NCBI GenBank assembly: GCA_030141605.1
Contig: JAQGDQ010001036.1
Span: forward strand, 1-64,000
From: Tubiluchus corallicola
Lineage: Eukaryota > Animalia > Priapulida
DNA length: 64,000 bases
Direction: 5' to 3'
Shown: piece by piece, positions 24,521-35,442 of the stretch
Position numbering within the stretch: the first letter of the stretch is position 1
Layout: each line of letters begins with the position of its first letter
Made by a program: the position numbers and the translations under genes
The notes under the pieces: generated by a model
The model's database searches: none
Told to the model about the DNA's origin: nothing
The model's input: the letters and a program-made list of their open reading frames with translations, nothing else

Positions 24521-25764
24521 TTACCATATAGGTCTTTATTTCTTTAGATAAGGTAGTTTAAGGTTGCAGAAACAGTAAAAAGGTTACAGTGTAGGCCCAA
24601 TGTGTCTCTCTTGAACTGATAAAATAAACAGCAAACAATAATAAGTGAAAGGGGTGCAGTACAGTTAAGAGTGGTGTAAGCATCGGTAGTCGAATCATTG
24701 TAGATGATAATATCATATTGAATACGGGAACAGTGGAAACAATAACAAAAGCAATCATGAAAGAGCTGTACAAGAAGAAAGAATTACTTTTAGTTTAGTG
24801 CAGAAAAGTCCAGAATTGTAAAACAATTACATGTAAAAAAATAACAACTAAAAATGTAGATCACTATAAGTACATGTATTAGGTGATTACCTCACATAAA
24901 AAGGAACTAGAACATGAGTATGGAAAAAGAAGTGAGAAAACTGGTTACGCGAAAAGGGGAATTATAAGTCGGAGTGATAGAAGCTCAGTAGGAGATCAGT
25001 ACGTCGAAAAATAATGGATTATTAGTTTGCGAAACAATGACTATTCCTATTTTATGAACAAATATTGAAGTATGGGGAACACTAAGTGAAAATTAATGGC
25101 AAAAAATAGAATCTTGGCAAAAGGAAATTATGCGTGGAATTTGAAACAAAGAACGAGTGCAAGTTACTATTGATTTGTGGAAAATTGCCAATGAAACAAC
25201 AGGCGCATTAATTTATAAACAGTTGCTGTCACTACGAACTTTATATTTGTCATCAAATGATTGATAGGGATGCAAAGAAAGTATTAAAAAGTAAAGCACC
25301 AAGCAGTTTGACAGACAATATAGAGAAGCTTGCTAGTATGTATGTACAACATGAACGTAGCAGAAAATAAGCTAAAACTGGAAAAAATCCAGAAACCAGT
25401 GGCTTAGAAACTATAAAGTAATATTACTTAGCATTATGCTTTTCCTTTTTGAAAGTCTTATGTAATTGGAAGAGAAAATTCTCGATAATTTAAGATGTTT
25501 GAACTGCTGGCAAAACGGCTCTGTATTACCATCCCAGGGATATACAATTGATTTACCAGAACACATTACTGATCTTAATAACAGTATAGAAAAATTATAC
25601 ATTTGCATAGTTGGCGAAGATTGTGCCATGAATTCTCTGATTATTTTTTTAAACTTTACGAAAATTTAATGTCATTACTTACGACGCACAGTTGAAAGTA
25701 GTGCGTCGTGTGTAAGTAACGATGCGTCGACTTGTGGCTAAATATCGTCATACACTACATAAAA

Positions 25765-25941
25765 ATGGCAGCGACCAGTGGGGGGAGTATTTTTGTTAAA
25801 CATTTTGTTTATAGTTTTATTATAATTACAGCTTCAATGGGTTCATCAAATAGTTATTACGAAGACGACATTTTTGCAAACAAACCACCGAACATCATAC
25901 TGATTGTGACCGACGATCAAGATGTGACGCTAGGTGGGATG
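25765..25941 (+). CDS. GNS: GNS exon 1 (left copy)
   Basis: MAATSGG...KPPNIILIVTDDQDVTLGGM followed by a GTAAGT donor. Confidence 0.9.
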
Positions 25942-28900
25942 GTAAGTAATTATGCACAATCCTACTCGCACTAGTTGACATAATTATCACTTTATTTTGA
26001 CAAAAATGCATGACACACCAAAGACTAACGATTGTCCAGAATAAAAACTGTCAGCATCAGTTAGTTATTTTGGTAAAATTGCATGACACCACAAAGACAG
26101 TTAAGGTTGTACAGAATAAAAAAATGATTATAAATCCGACTTTTTCAAATTTCCCGACCTAAACCATAGTAGGCCCAATCGGAACTGCACTAGGCCTAAC
26201 TGAAAATAAATGGAATCGGCAGTAGGTCTACAACAAAAGTACAAGCACAACCAAGCAGCAACTAAACAAAGTCAGAGCAGCAAATGTAATTTAAATAAGA
26301 ATGTATTGCAAAGATGGCAATATCTCAACACCTACCTGTTGCCAGTCGTTGTCTTCTTCCATAGGCTGTTGCAAGTTGAACATCTTAATAGTGCTGGACT
26401 TTTCAAATAATTAAAAAATCATGTCTCTCGAAAACATCGACTTTTTCACGGTTCTGGTAAAAAGCTTACGACTATTTGGTAAGGCACTTCTTGGTGTCTT
26501 TATGGGTGTATTTGGTGCGATTCATGTTGTGCATAAGTTTCGTGATAGTATTACCATGGTAACTTATTTGAGCCAGGTGCCAAAATTTGCTAGCTTGCTG
26601 AATGCATGTTGCTGGGTCTGCACTGAACAGTAAAATCAGGAGACAGAATCAATAAAATCTTCTTTTCCTGTAGTGTGGATAGGTGGCTGTAAATGCAGTA
26701 ATATTGTGCATAATGCATTCAGCATCATTTACCTTAACTGGAGCTGTCTAAAACACACGCAGTAAGCATTCACAGCAGCTCATGAACATTGGGACATGGA
26801 TGCACTGTAGATGATCAATTAAGTTGTTGGTTAGATGGCATCCTTCTGTCTCAGAAGACAATGGTGTGTGCGCCAAGAGAGTTAGTTATTGATCACATTG
26901 ATGGAGCTGCAGCTTCGACTGTGGCTGAGCAGTGCGATCCTTGAGCGTCTCCAGGACGCACGCCTGGGCAAGGTGTATGGAGATCCTGAGTTGCCCAGAC
27001 AGCAGGAACCCCCTGTCTTCCTCGCTGGTGTAGTCCAAAGGAAAGCGGAGCGATAAGTCATAAGTCAATGCGACAAATCACGTTGAAAACACCAGTTCTC
27101 GTCTGATCACCGAAGTTAAGCAACGTAGAGCCTGGTTAGTGCTTGGATGGGTTTTCCGCCTAGGAATACCAGGTGCTGTAGGCTTGCGGGATGCCCACAC
27201 TGTATCTCTACATTAGGCGAAGGAGCTGTACAAGCAGCCAACGGCTAGAAGGCGGAGGAGGTCAAGTGACCCAACAGCCATGTGTAGAGGAGTAAACCTT
27301 CCAAATCAGGAGTGGAACCCCGAAAGCAGACCAGTGCAGCATGCTCACTGACTCCGGCAGCTCCTGCAGCCAACCTGGTGCCAAACGTATCGCTCCGCTT
27401 TCCTTTGGACTACACCAGGGAGGAAGAGTCGGGGTTTCTGCGGTCTGGGCAACTCAGGATCTCCATACACCTTGCCCAGGCGTGCGTCCTGGAGACGTTC
27501 AAGGATCGGACTCTCTTGGCGCACATTCCATTGTCTTCCGAGACAGAAGGATGCCAACAACAACAAGATTATCTAAAAGGTCCCTGTCCGAAGGTACACC
27601 ATATTGTAACACACAAACAAAAAAAGATGTGTGTAAAATTTTCTTATAAAACGTATGCCCAAAAACACAAACGTAGGCTAAAACGATCTCTAAGTTTTTT
27701 ATTATTTATTTATTTTCGGCTGTAAAATTATTCGAAACCGCTTTTAATTGCACATTATTGTTGTGGAGATCGCTGCCATCTAGTAGAATTAAATAGAACA
27801 TTGTAGAATGTTCCATTAGAATAATCGTCTTACCTTGTAGAATGTTCTAGAAAGAAACGTCTAGAATGTTCCCTGGCACCCTATATATGGCGAAGCAGGC
27901 CGCTGAGACAGACACACGCTGATTCACACGGACACACACTTACACATTCTCCTGTATACCTACATTTTCAGATACACTTAAGCGTTTTCCAGATTTTCAC
28001 GTTTACTGTAATCATTTCGTGTTCCTTCATACTTTTGTATTGTAGAATTCTCGCTTAATAAACTAGTTTAATTTGGCGAAGTGTTTTCTGGTTTTCTCTA
28101 CGAGCCTTCCGCGAGAAACAAAACACAACAATTACGAAAACCTGATAGCCAATATTTGCAAATATCAAATATTTATAAATAACTGGGTAACATCAGATAA
28201 GAGTACACTGCACAATCTCGTGAAAATCACCATTTTCGGATACGAATCGGATATCCGGAGCAACGCTAGTAATAACCAAAGATGAGTAATTTGAGTAATG
28301 TATAAACAAAGTGGTAGTAAGGTAAGACAGCAAAATATTGGCCATTGAAAAGTCTTTAGGTGTGATAGGCTAGTATGTTATTCATTTTGTAAGCTCTTCT
28401 GTTTATTGGTGTCATTGTTTGTTTCCTTAATAAAATGTCTAATTAAAATGTCTAAATGTCTAAAATGCGGAGCATATTATGTGTAACACTATCGTTAGTT
28501 GTTAGTGCACAAGAAAAAATATTTGCTTTTCTTTCAGGATCCAATGCCAAAGACCAAACATCTAATCGGAGATGCAGGGATGACATTTACTAATATGGTA
28601 TGTTCCAAAATAAGTTGGTCATAATTTAACTCACAAAGTCGGTACAAGTGATCACTTACAGTATATAAAGTATATCCGCTTTTCTAAACATTAGTTTAGC
28701 TTTTCGCTGCTGGTTATGGAATTTGTGAGGGATGTTTTTTCTTGGTACTGATCAGTAACCTGTCATATATACAGGCCTTCAGCCCTGAGATGAGAATTTT
28801 CCGCGGATACGCGAAATTCCGAGTTTTTGGAACACATTTTTGTAAATCGCGTGAATTTGTTGAGAAAATTTTTACGGACCCAGTACATTATTTCACAAGC

Positions 28901-31734
28901 TGACCGCTAGTTGGCAGGCTGTCACTTTGTTTACATCACGTACATCAGTGTAACTACGTGTATATCTCTATGTATAAAAATATAGAATCAATTGTGTGGA
29001 GTTATTTGAGTCAATAGCAGACAGTTTTTATATACTTTTGCATAGGAGTATTAAGCCATTGATGCTTTCTGATGTACACTGAAATGGTGAAACTGAGACA
29101 TTTTACTAGTTGGCACAAACTTTTTAAATTATTAAAAGTTTTCTTTTGCAGTTACATAAATCTTTCAAGCAGCTAAGCGTAGAACTTTGTATAGAAATTT
29201 TTTTTGAGAAATTGCTTAAAATAGCTTTTTCTTCCCCTTTAAGTAATTAAAGGACAAGAAAAGGGGCACCTGAAGTAGGTTTCAGAAAAATTGCAGTAAA
29301 AAATTATACTACTTTACAGCAATTTTATACACACATTGTATTCGCATTGAAGGGAATTGTCCGATGGCGCATTACATCACGTCACTACGCCACGTAAATC
29401 AGGGGAAGAAAAGGCAATGTTAAATTATGACCCAGAGCTTTCGGTACAAATCTATATTACTTAGCATTTCACTTACCTGCTGCAAAGACTTATGTAACTA
29501 GACTAATAATTTAAAATGTTTGTGCCAGTTGGTAAAATGTCACTGACTCACCCTCCAGGGTGCGCCACTCACTAGCCAAAAACGCATTTTTAATCTTATT
29601 GACAAGATACAGTAATTTAAAATTTTACCCAATTAGCAACATGTATGCTACGAATGCTCTGATTATTTTTTCAAACTTTACATAATTTTATAAAAAACTT
29701 GTTTCAAACGACATACCATTAAAATGGCTGCGCCTAACGGTCATCTTGAGTTTAAGTTTACAGTGTTACGGCATTACGGACGATGCAAGCCATGCATATG
29801 AAAAAGAAGTATGTAAGTGGTATAAAGTTTCGAGATGAATTTTCAAGCTTTATGTAAGTGGAGGGTTTTCTTGTGCTTTAATAATAAACTTGGTAATCAG
29901 TTTGCAGCGACACCCATATGCTGTCCGAGTCGAGGTTCGATACTCACTGGTAACTATGCTCACAACACTGGAATCCGCAATAATTCCGTCTCCGGAAACT
30001 GTAGTAGCAAAGCTTGGCAAGATGGTCCAGAGAAAAACACGATTGCTACAAATCTACACGAGCAAGGTTATACCACCTTCTTTGCGGGAAAATATCTTAA
30101 TCAGGTAGGCACCATGTTAGAAATTGAGAAAGTTCGAATAAATGTTAGCATTTGTTGAATGTGCCAGAACTTTCTCTTAAAATGCACCTGTCTCGTGTCT
30201 TTCTTTATTGACAAGTCTAATAATTGTTGCTGAGTCAGTGATTGTGCTCTTTGTGGTAATATAAAGGAAAACCGGATGAATGTTTAGACTCGATCTCGTT
30301 TTAAATTACTGTCCAAAATATACGTTTTCTTGCCTCTAAAAGTTAGTAATCTTATATTTGAATAATTAACAGCAACCGAACACAGCTATTGCTTACGTCA
30401 GAAACTAATCACAGTTTGTGCAATGGCAGGCGTCTTCCCTTGCGCGCCAAACACGTTTGCATATATGATTCTGCTTAAACGTGTGATGTCACGAAAATGC
30501 GCTCTATGTCATATGACGTCAGAAACTAACACTGCAGTTAATGATCATGGTTATCACGGTACCGCCTTCTATTTGTCGGCAACGCGCATGTGACAAAAAG
30601 GCGCCGCTGCCAATCTTAGTAGATTCGCTGAGCCGAGCGTAGCTTTGAAAGTTTAAAGAAATTTGAGTATATTGATATAATATATTGATATATATATATA
30701 TATTGATATAAGAAAGTCATTGATATAATATATTGATATAAGAAAGTCATTAATATAAAAAAGCTATTGTAGTTTTCAATATTTTAGAGCACTCTATTCT
30801 GAACTAATGTTTACACAATCATCCGGTTTTCCTTTAACGTTAACAGTTGACGGGATCGCAGGAGTTTTCAAAAAGACTCATGGCGTCTGTTATTTCTTTA
30901 ACATCTTCATCATCTTTGATTCGTAAAGACGAAATATGGTAAAAATAGAGAAAAGATTAATGAAAGAACAATATGATTGATAAAATATTTAAAGAAGTCT
31001 TTGCATTTACATGTGATAACCTTTAAAGGAAAACCGGACGACTGTTTAGACTCAATCTCATTTTAATTTACTGTCCAAAATATACATTTTCTTGCCTATA
31101 AAAGTTAACAATTGTTCCTTATATTTGAATAATTAGCTTAGATAGTTAATTAATGGCAACAGCTTTTGCTTATGTCACAAACTAACCACAGTTTGTGCAG
31201 TGGCGGGCATCTTTCTTTGCGCACGAAGCACATCAAGCATAGGTGTTGCAGTACTGTTTGATGTCACGAAAAATGGGCTCTACATCATATGACGTCAGAA
31301 ACTAACACTGCAGTTCATGACCATGGTTATTATGGTACCGCCTTCTATTTGTCGTGACAAAAAGGCACTGCTGCCGATCCTAGTAGATTCACTGAGCCGC
31401 ACGTAGCTTTGAAAGTTTAATGAAATTTGAGTATCCGAGGTAATTATTATTTAATCTGAGCTTTGATTTAAAGTAAGCTGTTGTAGTTTTCAATTATTTT
31501 AGAGCATTCTTTATTTTGAACTCGTGTTTACACAATCATCTGGTTTTCTTTTAAGTCTGGTTAGCCTATCATATCTTGCCATGCCATAATCACAGATAGT
31601 TTTGTCGCTTGTTTATTTTAGCATTTTTCTTGCAAACTGCACTGAAGGTGTACCATTATGTTTTGTAGTACGGAAAAAAGGCAACAGGTGGCACTGCCCA
31701 CGTTCCTCCGGGATGGGATTACTGGAATGGTTTG
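25765..31734 (+). CDS. GNS: N-acetylglucosamine-6-sulfatase, 5' part only (exons 1-4), cut off by the palindrome centre
   Basis: Exons 25765-25941, 28538-28597, 29901-30104, 31669-31734. Shows a hydrophobic N-terminal segment, PNIILIVTDDQD, the formylglycine motif CCPSR-x-SILTG, FFAGKYLNQYG and HVPPGWDYW. No exon-5-like sequence was found downstream. Confidence 0.9.
26823..27055 (-). mobile_element. 5'-truncated copy of the same RTE-related SINE, head-to-head with the full copy
   Basis: Reverse complement similar to 27388-27566, with an extra ~50 bp encoding RIALLSHSRSCSSINVINN-stop; mirror at 41446-41678. Confidence 0.8.
27064..27566 (+). mobile_element. 5S-rRNA-headed SINE (SINE3-type) with RTE-like body and (CAA)n tail, in GNS intron 1
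   Basis: 5S head at 27064-27185 (cacgttgaaaacaccagttctcgtctgatcaccgaagttaagcaacgt...gaataccaggtgctgtaggctt). There is no TTTT terminator, and the body ends gagacagaaggatgcc(caa)4. Confidence 0.85.
27759..28130 (+). mobile_element. Solo LTR (372 bp)
   Basis: TGTTGTG...CACAACA termini, TATA-like tatatat, AATAAA, 5-bp flanks attat/attac; mirror at 40371-40742. Confidence 0.8.
28538..28597 (+). CDS. GNS: GNS exon 2 (left copy)
   Basis: 60 bp, DPMPKTKHLIGDAGMTFTNM, ttcag/gtatgt boundaries. Confidence 0.9.
28785..29048. mobile_element. Same CAGGG MITE family, partial, opposite orientation
   Basis: Reverse complement of about 5163-5436; mirror at about 39453-39716. Confidence 0.75.
29901..30104 (+). 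CDS. GNS: GNS exon 3 (left copy), sulfatase signature
   Basis: 204 bp, FAATPICCPSRGSILTGNYAHN...GNCSSKAWQ...FFAGKYLNQ. Confidence 0.93.
30265..30833. mobile_element. Kolobok-like MITE, copy 1
   Basis: ATAA|AGGAAAACCGGATGA...TCATCCGGTTTTCCT|TTAA; mirror at 37668-38236. Confidence 0.75.
31027..31550. mobile_element. Kolobok-like MITE, copy 2
   Basis: TTAA|AGGAAAACCGGACGA...TCATCTGGTTTTCTT|TTAA; diverged direct copy of 30265-30833; mirror at 36951-37474. Confidence 0.75.
31669..31734 (+). CDS. GNS: GNS exon 4 (left copy)
   Basis: 66 bp, YGKKATGGTAHVPPGWDYWNGL, tgtag/gtatgt boundaries. Confidence 0.9.
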
Positions 31735-32032
31735 GTATGTCAAAAATATTTGAAAGAACGGTTTGTGTTTGGGAGAGCACCTAGATTTTTTTGTAGAATT
31801 TTACAAAGACTGTTGCTAATGATGGGCGATTTTGAAATTTTGTAATTCGATTGCAATCTTGCTGTTGTAATTTGATATCACAATTAATCTTCTGTGGTAA
31901 TTTTAGTTTTTTTAGGCATATTTTTCAAACATTGCAGCACTGAAATATAGCCCATAAACTTCTTCATGGTTTCGTCACTGTCTGCCATTTTCGCAAACTA
32001 TTTTTACAGACACGTACATTCATTAACTACTC

Positions 32033-32532
32033 CAGGGGTGTGCAAATTATCTGACTAGCCGGGCCACATTAAACTTTCCCGCAATTTCTGCGGGCCACAT
32101 GCAGTTTGGTCAAGGAGCCAAGTACAGTAGGACCTAATAATGATTTTTTTGCATCTGACCCGCGTACATCATTACTACTACACTCAAGAAACTATTTTAG
32201 AAGTTATTAAAATTTATATTACAAACCATATATTTCTATTTTCAGGACAGATAGTGGTACATTCATTACAATGCATATTAGTAATGTGTATCACATAGTC
32301 TGTGTAGTACAGTGTTATTAAGCTACAACCGTCTTGTAAGGGTTAATGGCATACGATCTAGTAGAAAAAACTACCCGCACTATCTTTGGGATCCTAGCAC
32401 GGACTTCAGCTGAATACACTCAATTAATCGCCCGGGCCGCACTTTCATTAGGTTGACAAATCTCTTCGCGGGCCGCACAAATTCTCTCGGTGGGCCACAG
32501 GTGGCCCGCGGGCCGCAATTTGCACACCTCTG
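32033..32532. mobile_element. hAT (Charlie-like) MITE with 8-bp TSD
   Basis: TIR CAGGGGTGTGCAAATT...AATTTGCACACCTCTG, TSD AACTACTC, subterminal GGCCCG motifs; mirror at 35970-36469. Confidence 0.9.
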
Positions 32533-33057
32533 AACTACTCTCTGACTATGTCAACTATACGACACTACTCTATCACACACGTCACGTGAAAGCGAATTAG
32601 AAGCCGCAGTTTGCTATTGTGTGCATAGTATAAGCTGAGAAAAACGAAGAAAAAATGCAAGAATTCAGTTTATTCGTGCTAAAACACTGCCTTTCACTCA
32701 GTGTGTAACACGTATATTTTGCCTTCAAGTAAATTTGCTTAACTGAATTACTGTTCAATAGCCGATCACATTGATTTATACGTGGTTGTAATCTCGATTA
32801 ATTCGATTAATCTATTTGAAATGGATACAAAACACCAGTTTAACGTGTTGACCAAAAGTTTCCTTATTCTGAAAGACAATTATTAACATTTAGTTTAACT
32901 TGCATTGAATGGAAAATTAGTTGTATGATTAAATGTATTTGTGACAAACCATCTATTATTTACGATATTTTTGTTTACTTGTTTGTCACCTTTTCATTTC
33001 ACAGTCAAGTTCTTTATAGTGATGGTTGTAGCACTTGCTAGTGTAATTTAATTACAT

Positions 33058-33091
<34 letters not shown>

Positions 33092-33426
33092 TGTTGTTGT
33101 TGTTATTTGGGCTATTGTTGTGTGTCATGATTTATTGTATTATTTGTATTAATTTGTGATGTGTATATGAACTTTGTAAAGTTAGAAATAAAATATTAAA
33201 TCGAATCAAATCAAAATTTCAGGGCAATTTTGTTTACCGTACGATATGTAGCAGTGCACTGTATTGCAACATTTTTAATACTTACAATAACATCTGTAAG
33301 ATAATCCTCCGTATAGTTATCACCATGGACCTCAACTTTGCCATTCACAGAGAGAGTATAGTTATAATAGACTGAGTTACCAACCTAGAAATACCAAGTA
33401 CCAGTTAAACAGTTACATGTATAGCG

Positions 33427-33690
33427 AAATCGTCCATAAGTCGGCAATGAACATTTTCTACTTATTCACATACCCTGAATCTCCATTTCATGAGGATCAT
33501 TTTGATGCCAAGTTCATCTCTCTATGTTATTTCTATAGAGGTGGAACCATTTCTAACTTCAACGTGGATTATCTCAGCTTAGAAATAACATAGAGCGATG
33601 AACTTGGTATCAAAATGATCCTCATGAAATGGAGATTCAGGATAGGTAGAATAACTAGAAATGCTTAATTGCCGACTTATGAATGATTTT
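33427..33690. mobile_element. Hairpin (palindromic) MITE in the spacer
   Basis: About 110-bp inverted arms at 33427-33535 and 33580-33690; a related half-copy lies at about 8210-8333. Confidence 0.75.
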
Positions 33691-34389
33691 TATATGCAAG
33701 CACAGAATTTCTATTTATCACCATAGTCATAACAGGTACACTTTTGACTTCTTTTACGATTAATATTTTACCTTCTGTTACTGTCCTTGTTGACTAAGTA
33801 GGATACATTGTAGCCAAATGTTGCACAAGTTCGAAATACAAATATTTAGTTTTGTACTAACACTCTTTTGCATGGGGGTGGGGGATATATCTGACACAAA
33901 GTTCAAGCTTGTTATTCTACTAACTATCATAGAAATACTTAGTGATGGACGATTAATAGTGTAGTGGGTGCATAGGCCCTTTTTTGGTTTTAATTTAGTT
34001 CTCAATTACTGCCATGGTGCTGCCACCTGTTTGTTTATTTAGTAGGCTTTTTACCTTTTACAGTAGTCACTCTTTTAAAATTGAAGCACCTAATACCCTT
34101 GAATACATTGGCATTTTGGCCTTTCGTGAGCTATAGCTGTAGTAGTTGTATGACATTTTACCCGTCTTTTGGTTCTCTCGGCCATTGCTCTTTTTTTCTG
34201 ACTGTGATGAGCATTATGACTGTGAATTTTATTACGAATTTATTGTTGTGACATTGTTGTTCTTAAGGCTACTTGGAGTTCTCATTCCTGTCTTTGTAAC
34301 TGTTAAAGGCTCTAACAGCGTAAGTTATTATTAAATAATTTCAATATAGTCTACATAATTTTTATACCAGTACTTAGTTATAGCAATAC

Positions 34390-35442
34390 TGTGACGCCAT
34401 GTCTATAGGTTACGTACTCTGAGTCTCAATGTCTTGAAAAGCAGGCACGACCGCCCTATAAACGAGGTGTAACACGTGGTTCTGGGGTTCTATAGTGTTA
34501 GATAATTTACTATTAGAATCCTGGAGTCGGGCTAAGGCATTGTTGTTTCATACGGGGGCACGCGGAACCCGAGCCTAGGAGTCTTAATGAGCTAGTAATA
34601 TTCGATGGTAGATAGAATACCAAACCAACTATTAAGCTGTATATAACAAAATTTAATTGATTACTACTTTAACCCGGAGAAAAGAAATAGTTAACAATAA
34701 CAATTAATCACAGTACAGCAAATATATTCTCTAGTCTAATAATAGAGAAGGGAGGTGTTAGTGGGGGTAGCACGTGCAAATGATGACGCACTCTCGATGA
34801 CGGCAATCCAACGATGACCATATAGAAACGGAATTATGCTAGCTAGCAAACGTTGAGCAAAAGTACAAAAGTCTTGTCTTACCAGACACTCCATGAACAT
34901 TGTGTGAAACGGCAGCTGCTAACCTGTGGGGTAACATCCATGGATTTACCACTATGGTTTGCTCCACCAACAATGGACTGTCCACCATGAACTTTAGCGC
35001 AGGTTTTCACGACTCCTCGGATAATGACGGTAATGGTAGCCACCTCATCAAACCAAAACAACGTACTCAACATAGACCCGTCAGCACTGTAAGCAATGAC
35101 TGTTGACAAAAGAAATACGTCTACTGCACTATAACATCGACGATGCTAATCGACATTTTTGACTGTCTTTTCACAGACATGTGAACATCAGACGATGGTC
35201 ATTTTACGTGACCTAGGCCTTTCAACAACGGCCGACTGACTGCCTGGTTGCACGTCTCAGACTATAGCTGTAACGTATGTATCATGTACACTTCATACCT
35301 GTACGGGTTTCACACCTTTGAAATAAGCCGCGAGTATTGCAGGTATTGCAGAACACAACCACATGACGAGGGGGTGTTAGTAGGACTCCTACACTACTAC
35401 ACTAATTACGCTAACAATACAGTATTACTATAGTGACTACTA
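34390..35442 (-). mobile_element. Possible long LTR truncated at the palindrome junction
   Basis: The minus strand ends ...ggcgtcACA at 34390 with ATTAAA upstream, and base composition shifts there; the other terminus is not seen. Confidence 0.35.

Larger units (their letters stand above)
4498..33059 (+). repeat. Left arm of a giant inverted duplication (at least 28.5 kb)
   Basis: Position x pairs with 68502-x near the centre, 68501-x over most of the arm and 68498-x distally; the offsets come from a 1-bp indel near 31910 and a 3-bp indel near 6226. The ORF track is mirrored. Confidence 0.99.
33060..35442. other. Single-copy 2,383-bp spacer of the palindrome
   Basis: Arm identity stops at attacatta|g (33059) and a|taatgtaat (35443). 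The spacer begins with a (TAG)n(TTG)n tract. Confidence 0.95.

Noticed and set aside
27010-27040. HDV-like ribozyme suggested by TTCCTCGCTGG
   Set aside because: P3 and P1 pairings could not be formed, and the motif is antisense to the element.
27064-27185. Functional 5S rRNA gene (also 10647-10763)
   Set aside because: The 5' ends are diverged, there is no oligo-T terminator, and each runs into a body and simple-repeat tail, so they are SINE heads.
27312-27725. 137-aa and overlapping ORFs as protein genes
   Set aside because: They are chance open frames across the GC-richer SINE body, with no recognisable domain.
32581-32590. CLEAR/TFEB-like motif GTCACGTGA in lysosomal GNS
   Set aside because: It is a single short match deep in intron 4 next to a MITE, far from the promoter.
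34146-34334. GNS exon 5 in the spacer (ORF ending ...GSNSVSYY)
   Set aside because: A stop follows at once, there is no YNYTLS...DYLTD-like continuation, and no fitting splice sites exist.
34062-35441. Polinton or other TIR element bounded by AGTAGTCACT...AGTGACTACT
   Set aside because: The inverted match is only 10 bp, with no TSD and no coding remnants; probably chance.
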